64,000 bases of DNA from an uncultured virus (IMG/VR IMGVR_UViG_3300028571_000012) (Duplodnaviria; Heunggongvirae; Uroviricota; Caudoviricetes): the IMG/VR virus record IMGVR_UViG_3300028571_000012; one strand, 5' to 3'. The notes under the pieces were generated by a model, which saw nothing but the letters and a program-made list of their open reading frames with translations, was not told where the DNA came from and made no database searches. Position 1 is the first letter of the stretch; each line of letters starts with the position of its first letter. The translations under genes and the position numbers were made by a program. Positions 55,894 through 64,000 of this stretch are shown here, one piece after another.

Positions 55894-58470
55894 TTATCCA
55901 ACGATTTCTTTGAATTCAACACCCGTTCGCGTTGCAATAAAGTTTAGAGTAATATAGTTAATTGAACGAGTAGGTTTGATGTAAATATCAGCAACAAAAC
56001 GATTGCCGTCAATTATCTCACCTGTATTATTTGTGGCATCGCAAACAACTCGGAAGTCGGTAATACCACGACGGCCTTGAACATCGCGTAAAAACGGTTC
56101 AATTGTATTGCGGAATGAACTGCGAGTAAAATCATCATTTTGTTCAAACAATTGAAATTTGGCTGCGGTTGCAATTGCTTTTTCAAGAGTAATAAACAGT
56201 CTGCGCACGTTGATACGATCAAACGCACTTGGTTTTCTTTGAAGTGTTTTATCACCGTAAAGAATAATACCTTGTCCTGGGAAGGAAACGATAGGGTTTA
56301 CACCAAGTTTGTAAATGTCATCACGAGATGTTTGATCGGCGTTGTATGCCAATTTAGTAATACCGAGTAATCCACCGCGGTTTAAACCTGCAGGTGAGAA
56401 CCATGCGTCAGCAACACGATCTGCATTTGCGCAAAGTCCGGCCATATGACCGCATGCCGAGATCCAAACATATGAATCCGAATACTTATTGTAAACATAA
56501 ACAGGTGTTGAATCCATGATAAGATAACTTGAACTGTTAATGTTATTTGCTTTATCGAGCAAATAAGTTTTCTTGGATGTATCACTAAATAGTGTTGACA
56601 TATCAAGAGGAGCAGAAATAAATCCTACACAATCTTTACGCGCATTAACAATAGTCGCAATTGTATCATCAATTGTTTTTTGTGATGAAATAACATAAGT
56701 GTCAGATCCTTGAACATATGTTTCGCTGAAAATAAAGTTAACATCAACCGTTTCGGAATCCGCAAAATATTGTAATGCAGATGTAATGTTTCCAGCTGTT
56801 GTAAGAGAACCGATAACGGCATTGTCGCATTGAATATTTTGTACACCTGCGGCCGTAGCAGCGGCATAACCACCACCTGTTGTTATTGTTTGAAAAATAG
56901 GAATTTCAACAATAATATTTGATGTTGAATTAATAGCAATATTAAGATTATAATAGTTATCGGCAATATCAATTCCTACATTTTCATCAATAATAACATC
57001 GAAAGATTGTGACACAGGTGTTTGCGCAACACCATCAATAGTTTTAACAGTTGTTACGGTAACAGTAACCGGAGTTTCAGTTGTAACGGGAGCATCAACA
57101 GCAAGACCGCCAGTTGTTGTTTCAACTGTTACAGCAACGCTGTATGTATTACCATCTTCTGCAAGGAGATTTGTAACAGTTCGAGGAACCAGGTTCATAA
57201 CAACTCCAGGAGTTCTTACGGAAGTTGTTGCAGCGGTAATACCAGCGCTTGTATCATTGGCGTGTGCAATATTAAATGTTGTATCTGTAATGCCAGAATT
57301 GGTTGGCTTTTTAATAACTGTAAGGCTGTAAACAGCACCTGTACCACCTACTGTATAATGAGCGGTAATGTCTGCAGTTGCACTAAGCGCAGCGCGAATT
57401 TTAGTCGCAACTAAAGTAGCTGTGTTATCCGCTGTCGTCAGTGCAACCGGAATTACAAGAGGTGATTCTGTTACAAGAGCACTTGTAACTGTTACATTTA
57501 AGTTACCAGCTGTGGTAGCTCCCGATGCTGCAACAACTGTTTGCGTCTCTACTTGTGCGGTACCAGTGGTGATGTCATAAGTATTATTATATCCAAATAA
57601 TTTGGTGTCAACGGATTGAACACCAAAGGAATTAAGAACAGGTACGGTCGCAGTTGCACCCGTAGCATATACTTGAGCAATAGGTTTATCTGCTCGTTCC
57701 CATTCATCGACGGCAACGGAACTTAATGAAGTAATGTAAATGTAACCAGAAGAACGATTAATTACATTTTTGTAATAATTTGTTGCGCCATTTTCTGTTT
57801 TTGCATCACTTGCAAGTGACAGTCCTTCATATTTTTCCAAAATGGAACCAGGAATTCCTGTAATAACACCTTTTTCGTCGATGATAAGAACGTGAATTTC
57901 ATCCAATATTGGATCTGCTGCACCAATATTTGCCGCATAAGCGTCAGCGAAGGATGTTGAACTTGGTTTGCTTGAGAAATTTTGTCGGACAGTATTAGCA
58001 ATAGCATTGTTGGCCTCCCACGCCGCCTCGTTCGGACGAGCAATAATAACGCGAATACTGTCACCTGCTGCACCTGGATAGCGAGCAGTAATTGCCGCTG
58101 TTGTCATAGGTGTTGTGATTGATTCGTATTCTTCAAGATTACGAATTAATCGTGTATCACCATTAGAAACAGTTTGACCTGCTACAGCTCCAGTCGAATT
58201 TTTCGCATCTGTTGCGACAGCACGAGAAACTTTAAGATTATTTCCGTATTTTAAGAAACTTGCTGCAGTAAAAAATGATTTTGCTGTGCTTGCATCCGGT
58301 GATCCGAAGTTTGTGATCAAGTCCTTTTCGGAACTTACAGTAACAAGTTGTCCTACAGGACCCCATGTGAAGTGACCGGCATAGCCACCGGTGCTGGAAG
58401 CGAGTGCTGGAATGACGTTGGTCAAGTCGATTTCATTGACTTGAACGCCTGGTGATATTAAGAATGCCAT
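55894..58470 (-). CDS. gp18: tail sheath protein with insertion domains
   Basis: SPGV...EID, WFSPAG..RG, GDKT, FDRINVRRLF, KPTRSIN.I.L.F. Confidence 0.96.
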   Translation of the reverse strand: MAFLISPGVQVNEIDLTNVIPALASSTGGYAGHFTWGPVGQLVTVSSEKDLITNFGSPDASTAKSFFTAASFLKYGNNLKVSRAVATDAKNSTGAVAGQTVSNGDTRLIRNLEEYESITTPMTTAAITARYPGAAGDSIRVIIARPNEAAWEANNAIANTVRQNFSSKPSSTSFADAYAANIGAADPILDEIHVLIIDEKGVITGIPGSILEKYEGLSLASDAKTENGATNYYKNVINRSSGYIYITSLSSVAVDEWERADKPIAQVYATGATATVPVLNSFGVQSVDTKLFGYNNTYDITTGTAQVETQTVVAASGATTAGNLNVTVTSALVTESPLVIPVALTTADNTATLVATKIRAALSATADITAHYTVGGTGAVYSLTVIKKPTNSGITDTTFNIAHANDTSAGITAATTSVRTPGVVMNLVPRTVTNLLAEDGNTYSVAVTVETTTGGLAVDAPVTTETPVTVTVTTVKTIDGVAQTPVSQSFDVIIDENVGIDIADNYYNLNIAINSTSNIIVEIPIFQTITTGGGYAAATAAGVQNIQCDNAVIGSLTTAGNITSALQYFADSETVDVNFIFSETYVQGSDTYVISSQKTIDDTIATIVNARKDCVGFISAPLDMSTLFSDTSKKTYLLDKANNINSSSYLIMDSTPVYVYNKYSDSYVWISACGHMAGLCANADRVADAWFSPAGLNRGGLLGITKLAYNADQTSRDDIYKLGVNPIVSFPGQGIILYGDKTLQRKPSAFDRINVRRLFITLEKAIATAAKFQLFEQNDDFTRSSFRNTIEPFLRDVQGRRGITDFRVVCDATNNTGEIIDGNRFVADIYIKPTRSINYITLNFIATRTGVEFKEIVG

Positions 58471-58534
58471 ATGTTTAGTTCAGTAGTGTTTTATAATAAG
58501 TTGTCATAATAAGTTTGTAATTCAATCTAAAACC

Positions 58535-58546
58535 TATTTATAAATA
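58535..58546. promoter_or_regulatory. palindromic late promoter TATTTATAAATA upstream of gp18
   Basis: Motif read directly. Confidence 0.7.
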
Positions 58547-58554
58547 TCTAATTT

Positions 58555-59688
58555 TCACAGGTTGCCCCATTCCTGCATACTGTCAAGTGTTTCTTGATAT
58601 TTTTCAAAACTTTCAAAATTTGAAGTATCGTTGTTACCATTATTTATAATACCAAATGGAGGTAAGTCTTCTTCCATTTCTCGAATTTTATCACTGTATA
58701 ACAATTCCTTAAGATCAACATTACTCATACCTCCAAAAGCATCGGTGGATACAAACCAGGCAAACATTACCAAATTCATAACCATATCATCATGTGCTGA
58801 TCCACTGGCGGAATAACTGTCACCTTTAGGTTCAAAGCTACTTAATTCTTGAATGGTATGTGCATCGCAAATTTGCAGTTTACCACTTTCAAGTAAATCT
58901 TTTAAATTGCTACAACCTATTCGTTTTACTCTTTTGCTCATGGTAACACCAATGCCATTGCTTTTGGTGCTGCTTTGAACAAACATATTATCATATTCAT
59001 AGTCATAATATACGGCATTACAAACAACAATACCAGCATCATTATTTTCAATTACAACAAGTGCTTCATTGTATTGTTTGGCCGCGCGCATAATATATTC
59101 AGGAAATATTAACGGAGAAACCATATTGTCTCGGTATGTACAAACAACTTTAAACGGCATGCTCGAAATATCAATTATGCTGAATGTGCTGTAATCTTGT
59201 CCACGACCTTTACTTACATCCACAGTCATAATATAATCATGACCTTCCTCAGGTTCATAGTAATAGTTTATTCCGTGTTGTCGTTTTAATGGTTCAAGCG
59301 CCGATAATCCAAGCAACGATTCGGATGATACCAATGTTTGAGAACTTCCGATAAACGAACAATTGTGTGATATAAAATTATCATTGGCCAAAAAATGATT
59401 AACGTCATCAACATGTAATATATCATACACGTCATCATGGCCACACTCTACAATATTATTAATACATCCAGCTTTTAATAAAACATCACCAATTTGTAAT
59501 TCCGAAGCAGTCTGCCATTCGTGTAAAGAATTTAAAAATTTATGATCATATGTACATTTTATCGAGCTGTTTTCACAGATTAATTCTAATATTGCTTTAT
59601 TTGTCGTTTTAGATATACCTGAAAAATCCTTAAAACCTTCTGTGGTAAGAATTTTATATTTTGATTGTTTTTTGGTATTAGTTTGCAT
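58555..59688 (-). CDS. gp17: terminase large subunit C-fragment: 109-aa IntC plus nuclease domain
   Basis: CTYDHKF, IGD, VYDI, ISHN/C then FIGSS.TL, VDVSKGRGQDYS, IENND, HDDMVM. Confidence 0.93.
   Translation of the reverse strand: MQTNTKKQSKYKILTTEGFKDFSGISKTTNKAILELICENSSIKCTYDHKFLNSLHEWQTASELQIGDVLLKAGCINNIVECGHDDVYDILHVDDVNHFLANDNFISHNCSFIGSSQTLVSSESLLGLSALEPLKRQHGINYYYEPEEGHDYIMTVDVSKGRGQDYSTFSIIDISSMPFKVVCTYRDNMVSPLIFPEYIMRAAKQYNEALVVIENNDAGIVVCNAVYYDYEYDNMFVQSSTKSNGIGVTMSKRVKRIGCSNLKDLLESGKLQICDAHTIQELSSFEPKGDSYSASGSAHDDMVMNLVMFAWFVSTDAFGGMSNVDLKELLYSDKIREMEEDLPPFGIINNGNNDTSNFESFEKYQETLDSMQEWGNL
59362..59688 (-). mobile_element. atypically split intein, C-half (109 aa)
   Basis: Contains block B (TYDH) plus blocks F/G, Cys+1. 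Confidence 0.9.
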
Positions 59689-60652
59689 TTAAAAAATTAA
59701 TACATTGTCTAATAATTATATCTCTATTTCTAGGTTTACTAAATTCAGAATGTTTTATTCTTAAAACATCATATCCCAATGACCTCAAATATAAATCTCT
59801 CTTGTGGTCTTCATCTGTATTGTGAAAATAATCACCATCATATTCAATAACCTTTTTATTTAAAACAAAATCAAGGAAAATACAGTGTTTATTCAGTATA
59901 CTATATGATGGCATGTTTATACAAATTTCACCGCCATTTTCAGCACATCTACCGGAAAATCCAGATTCAAGCAAAGATTTAAAAAGAGTATTAGCAGCAA
60001 TTTTAGATGATTTGACATTATTGTTTCTTTGTAAATTTTGAATGGCAATTTCACCCATTTTCTTTTTATATTTCTCTTGTTTTTCAAACCAATTTTCGTT
60101 ATATTTTAATTTAAACCATTCAGCTGAATGAGTATTAATTCTCAGTTTTAACCATTTTTTATACTGCTTCTCATCATTATTTAATTCTTTTAATTTTTTA
60201 GTATAATGATTTTGTTTGTTTTTATTGGAACATAAATGGTTACCACAACAATTATATCCAATATTATATGAAATATAATTGAACTTTTCATTACAATGTT
60301 CACATACATTTTTTATATTTTTATCATTCAATATAAAATTAACTAATTCAGAAATTTTATCACTACTAGCAATAAATTCAGATGTATGAAATTTAATAGA
60401 TTTATACAATCGTTTATTTTTGTAAACTTTTCTATTGGTGCCTTGAGTCCAAGGTAGTATTTTTTTAAGTTCTATTTGTGTTTCCTCAAAGCTATATTCA
60501 CTAATATCATTTTCTATGACCATTTCATTAGCACGACTTTCCTTTATACTATTTGAAAATTTTTCGCGATATTCCGGATTTAGCATTCGCTTCGAATTAC
60601 CCGATCCATATAAATCTTTTTTTCTTGGTTTTAAATCTTTACCTCTAGACAT
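59678..60652 (-). CDS. free-standing Vsr-like (PD-(D/E)xK) homing endonuclease
   Basis: FLDF....VIEYDGDYFH...D..RD..L...GY.VLRI; very AT-rich; lies between the intein halves. Confidence 0.82.
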   Translation of the reverse strand: MSRGKDLKPRKKDLYGSGNSKRMLNPEYREKFSNSIKESRANEMVIENDISEYSFEETQIELKKILPWTQGTNRKVYKNKRLYKSIKFHTSEFIASSDKISELVNFILNDKNIKNVCEHCNEKFNYISYNIGYNCCGNHLCSNKNKQNHYTKKLKELNNDEKQYKKWLKLRINTHSAEWFKLKYNENWFEKQEKYKKKMGEIAIQNLQRNNNVKSSKIAANTLFKSLLESGFSGRCAENGGEICINMPSYSILNKHCIFLDFVLNKKVIEYDGDYFHNTDEDHKRDLYLRSLGYDVLRIKHSEFSKPRNRDIIIRQCINFLNAN

Positions 60653-60673
60653 AAAGTTATTTATACTATTTGA

Positions 60674-61561
60674 TCAAGAAAATTGCTGATAATATTCATT
60701 TAATGTTATTTTAATAATTTCATTTGATTCTTTATCTTTAAGAGTGATAAGTGTATCACCATGCAGACAACTATATTCCTGTTCAAACTGAAGTTCGCTG
60801 GTGTTTGCAATTGTTTGTCGTTTCCATTCTTCATCTCGACCAGGAACATCTTGCCAACGAATTCGGAACGGCTTAAACTCGTTGCTCTTTTGTATTGATC
60901 CTTCCCACAGTTTATAAAACATATTACCAACACCGTTTGGCGTGCTTGTAATAATAACTTTAGTTTCCTTACCAGATGAAATAACAGGATACGTCGAAGT
61001 ATAAAATTCATTTGCATTTTGAACGAATGCAAATTCATCCATGAAAATAACGTTCAAGGATAAGCCTCGAATACTGCTTGAACTTGTGGCTGCTGCAATA
61101 ATCTCGCTGTTATTACTAAATCTTATACTTCCTTTATTTAGTACCTTACATCCAGGTTGAAGGAAAAATGGTAAATTTTCCAACATAAGTGTAAGTCGAC
61201 TTAACATTTCTCGAGCAGTGGCGCCTTTGTTGGCAAGAACACCAATCTTTTTTTCACCGTTAAAAATTACATAATGAAGCAACCATGCAACCGATGTTAT
61301 ACTTTTACCACTTTGGCGAGGAGCTAAAACAATACTAAATCTATTATTACTATAATGATCAACCAATTTTGTTTGATAACCACGCAATTTAAATGGTACC
61401 AATCCGTTGTCAAGATCAATAACCTTGACGTAGTGCTCGCAAAAATATGCCACACTATTCATGCACTTTTGATATTCAGTTATTTCATGTGCGGTAAAAT
61501 TTTGTTGGACTCCATCACCTTTGACACGTGGATTTCCAAGATAAAAGTTATTGCCAATCAT
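60674..61561 (-). CDS. gp17: terminase large subunit N-fragment: ATPase plus 31-aa IntN
   Basis: YLGNP, RQSGKS, FMDEFAF, TSTPNG, FEQEYS then CLHGDT. Confidence 0.93.
   Translation of the reverse strand: MIGNNFYLGNPRVKGDGVQQNFTAHEITEYQKCMNSVAYFCEHYVKVIDLDNGLVPFKLRGYQTKLVDHYSNNRFSIVLAPRQSGKSITSVAWLLHYVIFNGEKKIGVLANKGATAREMLSRLTLMLENLPFFLQPGCKVLNKGSIRFSNNSEIIAAATSSSSIRGLSLNVIFMDEFAFVQNANEFYTSTYPVISSGKETKVIITSTPNGVGNMFYKLWEGSIQKSNEFKPFRIRWQDVPGRDEEWKRQTIANTSELQFEQEYSCLHGDTLITLKDKESNEIIKITLNEYYQQFS
60677..60769 (-). mobile_element. atypically split intein, N-half (31 aa)
   Basis: CLHGDTLITLKDKESNEIIKITLNEYYQQFS. Confidence 0.88.
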
Positions 61562-61583
61562 GTTAAAAATATTTCATTTTGTT

Positions 61584-61614
61584 GTTTACATACTTATGTA
61601 TTATGTTATAATAA
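61584..61614 (+). promoter_or_regulatory. antisense sigma70-type promoter between gp16 and gp17
   Basis: GTTTACAT-N11-ATGTTATAATAA. Confidence 0.65.
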
Positions 61615-61680
61615 TACTAGATTCCAATCACGCCTAAACAATCCTAAAATATATTGTCCTTTAGGATCGCGGAGCGAAGG

Positions 61681-62133
61681 TTAAATATCAATAGTATCCT
61701 TTAAGGCGTTGGTTTTAAGTAACTTTTGTAATTCGGTTGTAGTACCCACAAATATTGAATTATTGGTAGTAGTACTTTTTACAGATCCAGGCTCAGGTTC
61801 CTGAACAATCTTTTTACGTTCCTTTTGCAAGCTTAGTAATTGACTGTTCATATCCGCAGCACTTTTAATCATAGCTGATAGTACTTCAAATGCTCTTGGA
61901 TGTTCAGCATCTGATGCAAGTGAGTGCATTGTGGCTATTGCATCATCACTTGTATTTATTAGCTTTTTAATATGACTTCTTGCAAAGGAATAATCTTCCT
62001 CGGCATCAACAATAATATCGTCATTTGACGGTCCTTTTTTAATGTTTTGTTCAGTACAATTGCGTTGAACAATTGGTAAATTTGCATTCAAATTGGACAA
62101 TATATCATCCTTAGTTTTTTTGGTATTGTACAT
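61681..62133 (-). CDS. gp16: terminase small subunit
   Basis: DY.FAR, HPRAFEV, NNSIFVGTT.ELQKLL. Confidence 0.92.
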   Translation of the reverse strand: MYNTKKTKDDILSNLNANLPIVQRNCTEQNIKKGPSNDDIIVDAEEDYSFARSHIKKLINTSDDAIATMHSLASDAEHPRAFEVLSAMIKSAADMNSQLLSLQKERKKIVQEPEPGSVKSTTTNNSIFVGTTTELQKLLKTNALKDTIDI

Positions 62134-62151
62134 AATATAAATTGTGCGTTA

Positions 62152-62931
62152 TCAGATAAATCCGAATGTTGTTTCTATTGTATGTGTATCATCAGGACCT
62201 GCGGTAAAAGGATTAACTTCAACTTTTACTCCACCAGCCGCAACGGTAGGATTGTTAACAAGTGTATTATCATAAAGTTTCACTTCAACTTTCTTAATAA
62301 TACCAACATTGGAATTTGGACTTGCAACAAATCTACATTTGACATTAAAATCCAATGTATAAATTAATGTTCTTCTTCCTGTTTCAAAACTTCCTTCATA
62401 GTCATCCGAAAATGTTACACCTGTTAAAGTAATAGGAACATCAATTGAAGTATTTGGTCCTTCCAAATCTTTTACCGCAATTGTATATTCAGGTGTAAAG
62501 ATGGGAAATATTTGTTCAACAATTTGAAGCGCATCATCTTGATTTCTTGCATATACACTGAGTTGTAAACCAATGTTATACGGAACACTTTGCCATTGTC
62601 TTTGTTTATGGTCTGAATCGCCAGCGATGGGAATTAGTGTTTGATTTAATCTGTTTAATTTTGATCCTGTATCATATTCAATACTTGCTATTTGAAAACT
62701 CATCCGTGGAACTTTTACTGCAACTAATGCAGTTTCCTTGGAATTAGGATCGTTGTTATAATTTAATCTTGCAAGTGTATGTTCCTTGGGACCATACGCC
62801 AACGGAACTCGAGCAACGGTAGTCATTTTACCATCAATTATTTTTGCTGTATGAATATTATTAAAAATACTACCAAATACGGCAATAATTTTTTTAATGG
62901 TACCATTGTAATAGTAAGGATTGTCCAGCAT
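62152..62931 (-). CDS. gp15: tail sheath stabiliser/completion protein
   Basis: FG.IFNNI, VPLAYGPKE, PRMSF, DDALQIVEQI.P.F.P. Confidence 0.93.
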   Translation of the reverse strand: MLDNPYYYNGTIKKIIAVFGSIFNNIHTAKIIDGKMTTVARVPLAYGPKEHTLARLNYNNDPNSKETALVAVKVPRMSFQIASIEYDTGSKLNRLNQTLIPIAGDSDHKQRQWQSVPYNIGLQLSVYARNQDDALQIVEQIFPIFTPEYTIAVKDLEGPNTSIDVPITLTGVTFSDDYEGSFETGRRTLIYTLDFNVKCRFVASPNSNVGIIKKVEVKLYDNTLVNNPTVAAGGVKVEVNPFTAGPDDTHTIETTFGFI

Positions 62932-62933
62932 GG

Positions 62934-63866
62934 TTATGGTGTATCGTGTATCGGTTCTCCAAATGGATTATCAATTGAAAAGTCAATAAATCCATTTGCC
63001 CCTATTGTTTTAAAATCATGATTTTGCATACCATCATCGTTACCATATGTTGAATCTCGAACATTTGTGCTTGCAACAACTGAATCAACTGTGGCAACAT
63101 TACCACTTACCGTTCCTGTTAATGTTGTATTTGGCGTTATAGTATGATATGCGCCGTCATTAAATGTTGTTGGACCAAGACGCGCAATGTCCGAATTGTC
63201 ATCTTCGCTCTTTTTGTGATCAAGAAATTCAACACTTCCTGTAATGCCACTTGGTAATTGTATTATTAATGTTTCACCCAATTGGAATTTGTCTGTAATA
63301 CTATCGTATGTTACTTTAAAGTTGGAAGCTTGTTGATTAAATCGCTGAACATCATCAACCACTTTAACTCCTGTATCAATTTCTTGATTGGAATATTCAA
63401 ACAGTTCACATGTAAGTTTAAATGTCGGAACGTGACCTAATTGATAAAATGGTTTTTTGTCTTCAACATAACGAACTTCAAACAATCCTTTGGATAATGG
63501 CAAATATATAAGATCACCTTCACGCGGTCGTACGCCACCTTGAGTATAACCAAAACGGCCGATCATGGAATTCCAACGGCGGCGGCTGACAACAAAAGTA
63601 AGTTGATCGCGAATTTCAAAACCAAATTTACTGAAAAGTTTTCCATCACCTTCCATTCCTTCAAAGCTTTCAATATACATTTCCAGCATAAAGGCGGCAT
63701 TAAAACTTGACAGCACATCTTCATTTAGTATGCCGTTTATTTGTGCTATTTTTCTCGGAATGTAGTATACATCATGTCCGTAGATCTTCATTGCTTCTAT
63801 AATAAGATCATCATACAGCGATTGCTCGCTTTTTGTTCCGTGACTTATATAGACATTGCGGGCCAT
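62934..63866 (-). CDS. gp14: neck protein
   Basis: EQ.L..DLI.E, FSKFG.EIRD, RPREGDLIY.P, CELFEYS.E, NPFG. Confidence 0.94.
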   Translation of the reverse strand: MARNVYISHGTKSEQSLYDDLIIEAMKIYGHDVYYIPRKIAQINGILNEDVLSSFNAAFMLEMYIESFEGMEGDGKLFSKFGFEIRDQLTFVVSRRRWNSMIGRFGYTQGGVRPREGDLIYLPLSKGLFEVRYVEDKKPFYQLGHVPTFKLTCELFEYSNQEIDTGVKVVDDVQRFNQQASNFKVTYDSITDKFQLGETLIIQLPSGITGSVEFLDHKKSEDDNSDIARLGPTTFNDGAYHTITPNTTLTGTVSGNVATVDSVVASTNVRDSTYGNDDGMQNHDFKTIGANGFIDFSIDNPFGEPIHDTP

Positions 63867-63903
63867 GTAAGGTATTTATATGTTAGCCGAAGTAAAATTC
63901 GAC

Positions 63904-64000
63904 TCAACCAACGTAAAAATCCGGCGGAAAAGAAAATTTCAATTCAAAGTCGGCTTCAATCTTTTCAATGTCCGCAAGTGCATCATCGTAGATTTGTCGG
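63904..64000 (-). CDS. gp13: neck protein, C-terminal end only
   Basis: Hand translation RQIYDDALADIEKIE...FPPDFYVG*. Confidence 0.8.
   Translation of the reverse strand, partial: RQIYDDALADIEKIEADFELKFSFPPDFYVG

Noticed and set aside
61355..61684. Plus-strand 109-aa ORF as target of the antisense promoter
   Set aside because: Starts upstream of the promoter and overlaps gp17 antisense
1..64000. tRNA or rRNA genes
   Set aside because: No cloverleaf or T-loop motif seen in the few intergenic gaps; a tRNAscan-SE run would be decisive

Overview
AT-rich 64 kb segment of a T4-like myovirus genome, almost entirely on the minus strand. In transcription order (right to left) it holds: neck/tail/head module gp13(partial)-14-15-16-17-18-19-20-67-21-22-23-3; uvsY-uvsW-gp55-gp47-gp46; a vWA/MoxR pair; gp45-44-62-regA-hsp20-gp43; prim-pol, DNA ligase, uvsX and gp41; a block of probable capsid-packaged proteins; endolysin; nrdB/nrdA; RNase H; accessory genes; and one plus-strand glycosylation cassette. 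Two essential genes are fractured by naturally split inteins. The large terminase has an atypical split (31-aa IntN, free-standing Vsr-like endonuclease, 109-aa IntC). The gp41 helicase has an 88-aa IntN and 37-aa IntC only 3 bp apart. Other signals: six genes share a T4 internal-protein-like capsid-targeting N-terminus, including an RNA-ligase-like and a HIGH-nucleotidyltransferase gene; a ROSE-like RNA thermometer precedes hsp20; many promoters sit 5-7 nt from start codons (probable leaderless mRNAs); two near-identical antisense promoters have no downstream gene; and the RNR carries a class Id signature. All calls come from reading motifs by eye; no searches were run. No tRNA, rRNA or CRISPR array was recognised.
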